DNA of 64,000 nucleotides from Dicyema japonicum (lineage: Eukaryota; Animalia; Dicyemida): NCBI GenBank assembly GCA_011109175.1, contig RDEW01000065.1, positions 143,984 to 207,983 of the forward strand, read 5' to 3'. Both the position numbers and the translations under genes were made by a program. Below are positions 1-10,889 of the stretch, in pieces. Each line of letters opens with the position of its first letter. Within the stretch, counting starts at the first letter, position 1. Under the pieces are notes generated by a model. It did not search any database and was not told the DNA's origin. It was given only the letters and a program-made list of their open reading frames with translations.

Positions 1-130
1 ATAATTCCGATTGTTTTGACATGGGATGGAGTAGTAACAAAGTACTACAAGTCCTATATGGAAAGACTTAACGTGGATGTCTCTAGAAGGGCGTACATCC
101 AATCAATGACGATTAAAAAAACTTTAGAGA
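1..130 (+). mobile_element. C-terminal fragment of an R4/Dong-like non-LTR retrotransposon (restriction-like endonuclease region)
   Basis: Translates IIPIVLTWDGVVTKYYKSYMERLNVDVSRRAYIQSMTIKKTLES, homologous to 37660-38180 and 38770-39273. Confidence 0.7.
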
Positions 131-158
131 GCTGATAATCGAGCATAGATCCATTAAT

Positions 159-600
159 GTGCGTTTAAACAATGCATTTATTTTGCCTATTTTGCTGTAC
201 AACTCAGAAACGTGGGGTTTGAATCAAACTTGTACTGAAAGACTAAATGCTTTTCACAGAAAACAGCTGAAATCCCTACTAGACATACGCTATCCGAAGG
301 TGATCAGCAACCAGAACCTATACACTATATGTAAATCTGAAAGCTTGGGGACCATTGTAATGAAATCTCGATGGGGATTATTTGGGCATATATTGAGGGT
401 ATATCCTGCTGCTCCTGCAAAGGATATTATGGAACTGTACTTCCTAAGCACTGGTCCTTTTCGGGGCAGACCATGGACAACACTTCTTCTGACCTCAAAT
501 AACGACCTAAAAATGCAAAATGCGACTGGAAAATCTTGATGACCTAGACGACCTCCGAGAAATTGCAATCTCAAATGATTAACTCTCTTGTTGTGAATGT
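159..600 (+). mobile_element. 3' fragment of RTE-like non-LTR retrotransposon
   Basis: PILLYNSETW, RWGLFGHILR and FRGRP motifs typical of the RTE C-terminus. Confidence 0.75.
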
Positions 601-861
601 GCATTATTATTTATTATTAAATGTGACCGGTTGAATACGAGCCCAGGTTGAATACGAGCCGTTAAAGACGTTATACGTTAAAGCCGTTAGAAATCAATAA
701 TTTTTTTAATGAAAAATAAATCAATAAATTAATTAATTCCTATCTTTATAATGATTAGTAATTTTAATAATTTAAATTTCTCACAAATTTTCATTTTTTA
801 ACGGCTAACATCAGATAGAATAGTAATAGATTTTTGCTCACGCTTGTTTTTGTTTTTTGTT

Positions 862-2179
862 ATGAAGGTTGTCTACTTTACTTTGCTACAAAAGCAAGAA
901 ATAATAACCTATCTGAGATATCAAATTTTACCATCCAATTTGCTGAAGGAGAAACGAAATTTCATAAGAACTGCGTCATTATTCAGACTAAAAGACTCAT
1001 TGCCGGCTCAACTATTTTTTTCAAAACAAGTTGAATTTTATTGCACGTGTTCGCTGTGGAAGAAGATGAACAGAAGAGGATATTTATTGAAAATGTTCAC
1101 CTCAAAAATGGACATCCTGGTCGTGATAGACTTCTTTCTCTTCTAAAGAATCTAGTCTATGGATCTTGCAGAGATGAAGTTATGGTTGTTCTCAGGTCTT
1201 GTTCACAATGTCTGGCAAGACGGCTCATGAACACTCGACCAACTATAACACCTATCAGAGCATATACAGTGAGAGAAAGGTACTAGTTAAATATTCTAAT
1301 TTCAGGTATATTTTTGATTTGGTTGATCTACGACACTATTCAAATTTCAATGAAAATTTTTGCTGGCTTTTGGTTGGGATGGATTTTTTTCCAAATTTTG
1401 CTGGACAAGACCTCTAAAGAGTAAATCGGCTACGGAGGTGTCAAGTGCAATAAAGAGCATAATTTTAATGTTTGGAAAACCAACTATTTTGCACACGGAC
1501 AATGGCAAGGAGTTTGTAAATGAAAAAATGTTCGAGTTATGCTCAACATTTGGTATAAAACACGTCAGGGGACGTCCTAGGTGTCCTTGGGTGCAGGGAC
1601 AAGTCGAGCGTCTGAATCAGACATTGAAATTTATGATTTCTTCAACTGCTTTTCAAAGAATTTGAATTTCAAATGGATAAACATAATTGAAGAAATTACA
1701 AGTTCCTATAATTCTTTACAGCATTCAACAACGTTGCACGCTCCTTTTAAATTGATGTTCGGAGCTTCTGCCAATGAAACCATAAATAATCATTACTCAG
1801 AAGAGGAAATGAATGAAATATTCAACCAAATTGATTTATGGAATGAAGAAACACAAACTGAAGCAACTGAATATCTTGGTTTTGGTCATCAAATGAAACT
1901 TTGAGAACAAAAGCAATTTTAAATTCAAACATTGCTGAAAGAAAAATGTTAACTAAAAGAAGGTGGAAGAATGATATTTCTATCTTTAACATCGGTGATC
2001 GCGTTGTTAGAAGGGTCTATCTTGATAATAATAAAAAAACACGAAAAAGTGGCTTAAACGAACACATTGATACATTCATATATCATGTTAAAGGAATATC
2101 TGATACAGGAATGATTGATTTAGGATAAGATGGAAGTGTGATTCAAGAAAATAGCAGAGACTTAGCAAAGCTAGAATAA
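862..2179 (+). pseudogene. Ginger/KRBA2-SCAND3-like DDE integrase, frameshifted, with a 26-nt intron (1280-1305)
   Basis: HHCC zinc motif (HLKNGHPGRD..CSQC), RERYIFDLVD, LHTDNGKEF, RGRPRCPWVQGQVERLNQTLK, YNSLQHST; several 1-nt shifts and stops. Confidence 0.85.
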
Positions 2180-2439
2180 TTTTACAATATAAATTTCTCA
2201 ATTTTTTCTAATAAAAACAGTTATTATTATTTTTGATCATTTATAATATCATTAGACTTAGGAGTTCTTAAGCTTTCAGCTTTGCATCAAAGATAGGAAA
2301 ACTTAGGATATATATTAGAGTTATACAACGAACAGAACGTAAGAAAACTAACAATTTGACGAGACACAGCTGAAACACACAATTTGAATTGAAGTTGCAA
2401 AATCACCAATGTAACTAAGAGAAAAAGTATCCATTAAGT

Positions 2440-2480
2440 CAGGGGTGTCGAACTCATTTCCCTTTGAAGGCCGCATTGAC
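2440..2480 (+). mobile_element. hAT (Charlie/Buster-like) terminal remnant
   Basis: CAGGGGTGTCGAACTC terminal motif. Confidence 0.5.
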
Positions 2481-2762
2481 AAGCTGATAGTCGGCTCGAT
2501 ATACTGGTTGTAGAGATGATCCAATGCCGAGTTGTAAGATCTTCTGTAATGTCCAAGGAGGACCTTCACAAAGTTTCTTTGAGAAGAAGATAGCATGTTA
2601 TTTAATGCGTCCCGAAACTCATCAGGAAAAGTCATTTAGTGACGTTTTTTGTTTAGTAGAAATTTTAATTCAATAAAATTTATATTATCAATAATTAAAA
2701 TGATGTAAATTGATTATCAAATAAATAAAATAATCAGTTAATTTATCCCCAGTAAAGCATAT

Positions 2763-3959
2763 TTAAAACTGCCATCCATCCAAAGTGGACCCCGCCGACA
2801 TTATCGACGTTGCGTTGCCTCTCACGATTGCAACAGAGATCAACTGTAGTAGCCACCGGGTCTCACGTGCGTCGTGGCTTTTTAGTGTAGCTAAGCGTCC
2901 AAGTTTCTTTAGGAAGCGAAGCGATTTTCCACTTATCCCTCCAGTTGTCTCGACCACTATCGGATAAAACGCGAATCGGTCGCGTAGCGCTTCGTACTTC
3001 TACTTTGCCATCATCGTTTTTTCCGCGGAATACAGTGTGTCTACCGCGCTCCCGACAATGTTGGACGGGCAAAGCGTGTCGACACAAGTAGCGTCCCAGA
3101 CCAAAGGTTTCCCCTCTTCGAATGGGAAAATTGTGATCCCGTCGGGACGTTTTCCGTCTCCTCTGTCCAGACCAACAAATTCTAGTATGGCTGGGTATCC
3201 CGCAGACTCCAGGGCTCGCTTGACAATTCCGTTGATCGCCTTGTGTTTTGGGAATCGTCCTGCACTCCTTCAACAAGAGAGGGCATGGAGTCCATAACAA
3301 TCGACGGTTGCGCCACATCGGCATTTGTGGGTCCGGCAAATCTCCAGTCCAAGTCTGGTGGAGATGCCGATGCGGACAGTATCGTCGTCAAGATGGGTCC
3401 CGACACTGCCAACTGGGAGTGCATTGATCCATGCGCTACTCGATTCGCATCTTCCAGTGACTAGACATGCACGTCGTGTTGGTTTGATTGGTTCAGAAGC
3501 CTCTCATATTTATCCTCGCAGATGGTCCTGTAACGATCTTTCTGCTCAGGCATCATCCCCTTCAAATGCTCCATCTCTGTGATTTCAGATGATTCTGTTT
3601 GGAGTTGAAGAATCATCCTGACCAGCAGTCGGCTGGAGCCCAAAGAGGATAGATAAGCAGGGCAAGCCAGATCTTTCGTTGAAGGAATTCCCAGTCCGCC
3701 CAGGCTAACGGGTAGGGTCGCTTGGTCCCACCCTTGGTCGTCAAATTTCACATTTGTGATACGTTCAATAGTACTCCGGAAGAGGGAATCGATAGCATCG
3801 AGCTGTTGCATTTTCAAGTAGCAGGGTGCCCCCCGAAGAACGTAGTTCAGTTTCTGTGCTGATAAGGCGTTTCTCAGGTGGAATAGGGAGGTGTGTGCGT
3901 CCAGCATCTCCAGACGTCTGAATGTTGTTTTTAGTTGATGTTCTTTTGTTCTTAGTCTT
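2763..3959 (-). mobile_element. 5'-truncated CRE-clade non-LTR retrotransposon (RT C-terminus plus restriction-like endonuclease); continues at 7791-7818
   Basis: [50 protein letters not shown] motifs across shifted frames. Confidence 0.8.
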
Positions 3960-4046
3960 CCAAGTTCTTAAACTGCAGGATAAAATCGCCAGTTTGTCGA
4001 AATATTTTCGGAATACGGACGTTCTTCGACTTGTGAGTGTGTGTCA

Positions 4047-5088
4047 ATGTTCTCTGTCAGGTTAATTATTAATTCTAAACATGGGAATTTAACTATTGTT
4101 AACATCTTTGATGGGATGGAATCAGCCAGAAGAGCTAGGATTTCTCGTCGACATACTGGCGATTTTATCCTGCAGTTTAAGAACTTGGAAGACCTTGAAG
4201 ATTTCAAAAAATCAATGAATGATAGCAATCCTTTTGGATTGGGTGGACATCAGATGGAGGAAGTAAAATTGCCTCCTTCGACTATAATTCTAAAAAATGT
4301 TCCGACATGGATAGAGATGGATGAATTAAAGGATTTTCTTCGGTCAAAGTTGACAGGAGAGTTCCGAGCTGAAAGATTTGTACGCCGTGGTGTTAGCTTG
4401 CCTATTGTTAAGCTTGTCTTAACAAGCAGGGGAGAAGCAGAATCCATTGTCAGATTGGGATTGATTATTGGATTTTTGAAGATGAAAGCGGAATGGTATA
4501 TAAAACGAGAAATTCAGTGTTTTCGTTGTCAACAGTTTGGACATATTGCTCGGTTTTGCAAGAACTTAGAAAAGTGTCTACATTGTTCGGGATCACATAG
4601 AAGATCTGAATGTAAAGCATCGCATGATACAAAAAATTGTTAATTGTGGGTCGACTACTCATCTGGCAAATTATGGAGGTTGTCCGAAAGCTATGGAAGC
4701 CAATCGTGAGAAAATGAAGAAAGTTGCTGAAAAGTCAAAAGTCTCCAAAAAAGAAGATAAGGAACTTGCCAAATCCGGAAATAGTCATACTATATCAAAA
4801 AATGCTAAGTCAGCTTTTCTTGATGGTCGAACTTGTTGGAATATTCCAACGGTCAGAAGGGAAACAGTAGAAGCTTCTACTCAGACAGAAGAACCTGTGA
4901 AGGGAAAGAAAGAAGAAATCTCAACACAGGTCAATGATGGTGAATGTCAACTTGATTATTCACAAACTTTGAAAAAATTAGAGAAAAGCATTATAGAAGT
5001 AACGAAAACAAAAAAGGATACGAAGCATTTATTGGATTTGGTGGCGATCCTAAGAGGAGGGATCAGCCACCAAAAAAATCAGAAGTAA
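4047..5088 (+). CDS. LINE ORF1 gag-like protein (one frameshift near 4640)
   Basis: CFRCQQFGHIARFC, CLHCSGSHRRSEC and CxNCGSTTHLANYGGC knuckles. Confidence 0.85.
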
Positions 5089-7625
5089 TCAGGATAACCC
5101 TGATTAATGCCCGCTCTCTTCGGAAGCGGGCTTCAGAGCTGACTGCATTGGTCAGCACAGTGCATATGGATGTTTTGATAGTAAATGAGACGAAGATCAA
5201 GAAGGGAAGTTCTTTTAAACTTAATGGATTTTCATCAATTAATATTCCGTGGAAGAAGGGTTCTATTTCTGGAACTTCGATTTATTATAAATCTAATTTG
5301 AATACGAAGAGACCAAGAATTATTGAAGAAGATGTATGTGAACTAGTCAGTGTGCAAATACAAACGAATATTGGATGGATGACAGTTGGAGGAATTTATT
5401 CTAAGAGCTTACGTGAGTACCCTTGGATCATTGAGAAATTTTTTAACGAAAATGTGAATCCGATTTTGGTTGGGGACATGAACGCAAAGCATGTTGATTA
5501 TGGATGTGTTACAACAAATCAGGATGGAAAATGTCTTATAAAGTGGATGGAATCAGGAGAATTGAAAATTTTGACGTCAGCAGAAATAAATCACTATGCA
5601 ATTTATAGTGGTGATAAACTTGGATTGTTCATAATGCCTCTGACGATGAGTGAAATGTGTGATCCTCCATATATCGAAAATGACATAGGAAGTGACCACA
5701 TCCCACAAACGATTGATTTAAAAACTGGTCCGGTTTACACACGACAGTTATTCATTGGATATGATGTCAGCAAAATTGATTGGAATCACTTCAATTTCTA
5801 CATCAGGCTGAAAATTGGTAATGTTTGTGATTTGGGGATTTCGAAACCGGAGGATATCGACATTCTGGATAACAAAATAAGATCTTTGTTGTTAAGTTAT
5901 CTGGAAAATTATGGAAAAAGAAAAAATCTGTTGCCGCAGGAGAATATGATAATAGGAGTAGAAGAACGCTCTTTGCGTCAGGAGAAGAATAAGTGTTGGG
6001 ATATCTTCGACTCTCAAGAACTTAAAATGCAGATCAAGTTAGTGAAGAAGAAAATAATGGATGTTGTAAAGAAGAATGAAGAAAAAGTATGGAAAAGAGA
6101 ATGTTCAAAGTTACGTCGACAGAACCCAAAATTTTGGAAACTATATGCAAGAATGAATTCTCCCAGTAATAAGAATGAAGAAATATCTCTCAAGTCAGAT
6201 GATGGTCTCACTATTCCAAAAGAAGAAATTCCAAATGTTTTACGTCGACAATTGTCCAAAATTCAAGAGATAGATCCGGCATCTTTTATTCCGATAGAAG
6301 TACAAGATACAAGAAGTAGTTATAAAGAAAAGTCGAAACTGAGTGGTCCCTTGTGTCATCCTATAACGCTGGAAGAAATAAATGCTGCAATTAAGGGTTG
6401 CAAAAATAAAGCACCAGGGTGGGATTTTATCCCAATGAGTATTTTCAAGAACGCAGGCCCAATTTTGATTGAGTGCCTAAAAATATTATATAATTCTTCT
6501 TGGAGTTTTGGTCATGTTCCAGCTTATTGGAAACGAACAATTGTACGCATGGTTGTGAAAAAAGGAAAGCCAAGGTCAAAAGCAGATAGTTATAGGCCAA
6601 TTAGCCTAGTCTGCTCAATATCGAAAGTTATGGAAAAAATTGTTTTCAATCGTCTATCAAGGCATGTTGAGGATAATAATTTTCTCTCTGATAATCAACT
6701 GGGATTTCGGCATAAAAAAGGGACTGGAGATTGCTTTAAAGAGCTAAGATCTGCAATCGAAATTTCACGAAATAAAAAGGAATTTCTTACAATAGCATGT
6801 TTGGATATAACAAAAGCGTTTGACAGTGTTTGGCACTTTGGACTTGTTGATACGTTGTCAAAAGCAGAAATTGGGAAAACTGCGTTATTATGGATAGAAA
6901 ACTTTCTTTCAAAAAGAAAGTCATATATACGTGTTGGAAATTTAATTTCAAAGAAAATTGAATTGCGAAGAGGAGTTCCACAGGGTTCAATTCTCAGCCC
7001 GCTACTCTTCAATTGCGTAATGAGAGATTTGCCGAAAACAGAGAGCGTAAATAGTCAAATGATTATTTATGCTGATGACATTCTTGTGCTTGATTCAAGC
7101 ATGAATAAACAAATTTCATGGAAAAGGGTGGAATCCCATATTACTAAGATTGGAAAGTGGTGCCAAAACAATGGGTTGACTCTATCGAGGGAAAAAACAA
7201 CAGTCACTTGGATTGCAAGTAAAAGAAAAAATATTAATCAATGTGTGAATACTGGGGATATAAAAATCTCTGAAACATTGAAGTATCTCGGATTGTTGAT
7301 AGATCGAAGAGGATCTTTCAAGGAACATATTAAAACACGAAGAAAGAAAGCTACAGGAATGTTGAAATCTTTAATTCGATTTCATTTGGAGCCTGAAACT
7401 TTTCTTTTTGTGTATTCGGCGTGTGTTGAACCATTCTTGATATATGGTTATCAAGGATGGTTTAGAACAAAAGAAAGTGATGTCTTTGTCAAAAAATTGG
7501 AAAAGTCCAGAAGATTTGCGATTAAATTGGCATATGGACTGGACTTAAAATCCAATATCGAAGAGGATTACGACCTGAAAGTCAGAAAGATAGAAAAATT
7601 ATTACATCACTTATGGAAAATGTGA
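5085..7625 (+). CDS. LINE ORF2: APE endonuclease plus reverse transcriptase, open and without RNase H
   Basis: INARSL, NETK, GDMNAK, SDH; YRPISL, QLGFR, LDITKAFDSV, GVPQGSILSP, YADD, KYLG. Confidence 0.92.
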   Translation, partial: VIRITLINARSLRKRASELTALVSTVHMDVLIVNETKIKKGSSFKLNGFSSINIPWKKGSISGTSIYYKSNLNTKRPRIIEEDVCELVSVQIQTNIGWMTVGGIYSKSLREYPWIIEKFFNENVNPILVGDMNAKHVDYGCVTTNQDGKCLIKWMESGELKILTSAEINHYAIYSGDKLGLFIMPLTMSEMCDPPYIENDIGSDHIPQTIDLKTGPVYTRQLFIGYDVSKIDWNHFNFYIRLKIGNVCDLGISKPEDIDILDNKIRSLLLSYLENYGKRKNLLPQENMIIGVEERSLRQEKNKCWDIFDSQELKMQIKLVKKKIMDVVKKNEEKVWKRECSKLRRQNPKFWKLYARMNSPSNKNEEISLKSDDGLTIPKEEIPNVLRRQLSKIQEIDPASFIPIEVQDTRSSYKEKSKLSGPLCHPITLEEINAAIKGCKNKAPGWDFIPMSIFKNAGPILIECLKILYNSSWSFGHVPAYWKRTIVRMVVKKGKPRSKADSYRPISLVCSISKVMEKIVFNRLSRHVEDNNFLSDNQLGFRHKKGTGDCFKELRSAIEISRNKKEFLTIACLDITKAFDSVWHFGLVDTLSKAEIGKTALLWIENFLSKRKSYIRVGNLISKKIELRRGVPQGSILSPLLFNCVMRDLPKTESVNSQMIIYADDILVLDSSMNKQISWKRVESHITKIGKWCQNNGLTLSREKTTVTWIASKRKNINQCVNTGDIKISETLKYLGLLIDRRGSFKEHIKTRRKKATGMLKSLIRFHLEPETFLFVYSACVEPFLIYGYQGWFRTKESDVFVKKLEKSRRFAIKLAYGLDLKSNIEEDYDLKVRKIEKLLHHLWKM

Positions 7626-8639
7626 TGTAATTTTTGGGGTCCAAACGAAGTAGAGACATGTGGTGTCTCATAAAATGACCCTACACGATGAATACAAACC
7701 CACTTAATTAGTTTTGGTTCAGGTTTTGGTTTCTTTACAGTAATTAGTTTTGGGGTTTGTTAGAAAATAAAATTTGTCTTGTCTTGTCTTGGACGATTGC
7801 CATTTTGTTTGATTGGCTGTTTAAATCGGTACATTGACTATCGATATTTAACGGCTCGTATTCAACCGTATCTCATTCTGAACCGGTCACATTAAATAAC
7901 AGAAATGGTGACTAATGTGCGGTAAACATGGGGATAAGTAGACATTTAATGCAATAAAATAAACAGCGAAGTATGCTTACTAACATCTTATCTCTTTTTA
8001 AGGTAAACCTGACGCGCCTTCCCTGCGATCACCACGTAGGTCTCAATTCCTACTTATACAAGACTGGACAGGCAAAGTAGTCACTTTGCCCTTTATGTTT
8101 ACTTGTTGACCACAGGACAAATCACCTTTTCTCGTTTCCAGGCCAACTTTCTGTTTCTCCCCAGATCAATCTTTAGAATCTTTGGGAACGCCCATCTATG
8201 GTAGTTAAGTTTTTGTTAGCCATCACTTTCCTCCGCTTGAAGGGACGGGAGTAAGATTAGAACCCCCGCAAGTGGGGTTACATTAGTCTTGAGGCGATAA
8301 GGCTAAATCAAGAGTTAATAACTAAATGAATGCAGAAGTCCTGATTGCGTAGCTATTCCTTCTCAAATTTGCTAACAAACTCGCTCGAATAGATAAGATC
8401 GCAAAAATCTGATTCCTCAACATCCTTGTATTTATTTTATTTATTCACCCCCGGTCTTTTATGTAAAGGAAACTGGTGGCTACAAGAAAGTAATATTCAT
8501 AAGCGGACATCTTTAGAGTCCGATGGATCTTGGATGGCAATAATTGAAGGCTGGTATTCAGTGAAAGAACGTGCGGAGATTGAGGATCGTTTGGCCTCCT
8601 CATATAGGGTAGTCAACGTTTCGGTAATATGAATTTCTA

Positions 8640-8825
8640 ATATCCCTGGATATACCTGAAACAGGTTTTATCCAGTTCCCCCTGTCTGAGCGGGACACAC
8701 CCTTAATTCCACTTACAGTCATATCCGCCATTGTGGAAACCCCTCCGGTAGACTAAAGAAGAGAGGGATCATTTATGCTGCCGGACAGACACTGGGCGTC
8801 TCTTGAGTTGAGTGGATAACGTTTC
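8640..8825 (-). mobile_element. Degenerate non-autonomous SINE-like element carrying the pseudoknot motif
   Basis: Similar to 38395-38705 (GACGCCCAGTG core; GGAGGGGTTTCCACAA downstream). Confidence 0.55.
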
Positions 8826-9116
8826 ATAGAAATTATGGGATCTAGTAACTGAAGAGTGTGTAGAAGTTGCCTTTGAAAATTAATTGACTGGTTTTAACAG
8901 ACGTGTTATGTAAATCAATGACAAAAATTGAACTGTTAGATTCGTCAAAGTAAACATTTCGTGGTTTTTGGAGTTGTGCAACAGAAATAACATGGACGTG
9001 TCGATTCATGAAATTATTCGCTGAAAAATAGCGCACCTAATTACGATGGCAAAACTTCCAGCAGAGAAAATAAATAATGTTAATTTCCGCGTTTATTTAA
9101 TTAAGGAAAATTCAGA

Positions 9117-9907
9117 ATGATTGCTGTTCTCACAATTTTTTTGATCTCCCTCCAACAAAACGACACAGAGTTTATCAGTCTTCAGAAACTACAAATTCTT
9201 AGCCAACTGGGACTTGCAGAATCACCAACAAACAATCATTTGTTCCTACAAGAACTCAAAAAGAGCTTTTCCACAAATCAAATCGTCCACCAAAAATCAT
9301 TCAATAGCACTGGATTTGGGGAAGCTTTTTGTTTGAAATAATCAACCACCGTTTTGACAAACTCTTCATTGATTACACCGTTTTTGACAAATACAGATAT
9401 AAAAATATTATGGAAATTGACTTCAAAATGCTCAGACTGAAGAATTTTGTTAGACGGGACACGTGGAATTTGACTGTGCAAATTAGAATGGAAGAGATAT
9501 CCGAGAAAATGATTCTGAATTTGACTTTTAGCAAGAAAATCGAGGTTTTATTATAAATTAAACTCCAGAACGTCTCTTTGAGATTTGCGGAGGGAAAAGA
9601 GATCAGTAAAAGATCACCAAACTGCTTCGGGTGCTGCCTTAAAAGTCGCTTGGTTAAGTTTTCTGATATGGGCTGGGACTGGATTCTGTCACCAACCTCC
9701 TACTGGGCTCAAGAGTGCAGCGGGAAATGTTCTGGAAGTAATGTTCAACAGCAGCCACCTCTTCACGTGTACCTGAGAATCCTAAATAACAACGCATGCT
9801 GTGTTCCCGTGGAGTTTGATGATGTAACGATCGTCTATTTGCAGTCAAATAAAATTCGAATGAAGGATTTAAAATACTTGAATGCCAAAAAATGTCAATG
9901 TGCTTAA
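9117..9907 (+). CDS. TGF-beta superfamily ligand, activin/myostatin/TGF-beta (9-Cys) class; exons 9117-9284, 9308-9544, 9569-9907 (247 aa)
   Basis: Hydrophobic N-terminus, KLQILSQLGL prodomain motif, ISKR cleavage site, mature domain C-x2-CC..GWDWILSP..CSGKC..CCVP..CQCA. GT-AG introns of 23 and 24 nt restore one frame. Confidence 0.9.
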
Positions 9908-10111
9908 CTTTATATAATCTTGGTTGATCTTTCTAATGGTCATGTTTATTTGTTATGACTTTCCCACAGGGAATTAATTAAACAACATTTTACAGGTTTT
10001 TGGCACAAACAATGAATAATTGATAATTTTTAATTTTTTGTATAAAAATTGTCAATTAAAGTTAGCCACCTGAAATTAATTGTTATTGAATATTTTTAAT
10101 TTAATATTAAA

Positions 10112-10345
10112 TTGCCAGGCTGTGTTTATGCAAGGAAACCCATTCAGGGTCGCTCATGCAGAGGAATTCCGATCGACCGTAAAGAAGGTACCTCGATAGA
10201 ATTCCTCTGCAGACACAAAGCACTTCCGGAGGTCAGTTGGGTCGTCGGTGGAGCATTCAAAAGGGTTTGGGAACTATTGGAAGTGGGATCACCTAATTAG
10301 TGAGTTTAACTTTTTTCTTGGTGGTTTTGGGGTTCTTAATATGAA
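10112..10345 (+). mobile_element. LINE 3'-end fragment
   Basis: Ends GGATCACCTAATTAG plus a T-rich tail, like 29300-29650, 50490-50740 and 52340-52790. Confidence 0.65.
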
Positions 10346-10889
10346 AGTAAGTCTAACTAAATGGATACTTCTACTTTCTTTAACGTGAAAAACACAAAAT
10401 TAGATAATTACTGGGTCCTAGTCTTACTATTCCCTCGAGCTGGAGAAAATACAACTAGTTAGTGGGTTTTAGCCCTTACTATATCCTCTCTACGCTTGAA
10501 TAGCGTTCCCGGAAATACCCTAGAGGGGTGAGATAAGAATTGCATTTCCCAATATTTATTTTTCCATCAAAAATAATCACATCCATTTTTGGTAGTAAAT
10601 TGAAATTAATTAAAATAACGATTTTATTCCCTCATCCATCATTCAATATCATCAAGTCATTTGACTACGAGAACTGTCTAGAAAACTTCACAAGGGGGTA
10701 TAAACTAATCAATATTATTCCACGGTCGAATATCATAAGGACCACCTAAGGTCCAACTGGATAGTCTGCTATGTAAAATCCATGGATTCTGTGATTTCTT
10801 CTATTTTTATCGGATAGTTCCCTATTCGTGGAAATATGCCCTCTCAGTTTGATAAGCGTATTATTAAGCACTCTCCACTGCAATGGTAA

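Larger units (their letters stand above)
3960..7785 (+). mobile_element. Near full-length two-ORF LINE (I/Jockey group-like)
   Basis: ORF1 with three CCHC knuckles and ORF2 APE-RT; GTCTT at 3955-3959 and 7786-7790 (TSD) with a (GTCTT)n tail. Confidence 0.9.
622..7891 (+). mobile_element. Ginger-type (integrase-encoding) DNA transposon with nested insertions
   Basis: Left end TGTGACCGGTT...GGTTGAATACGAGCCGTTAAA and right end TTTAACGGCTCGTATTCAACC...AACCGGTCACA are inverted repeats. TGT/ACA termini; TTAAA duplicated at 617-621 and 7892-7896; internal integrase gene. Confidence 0.85.
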
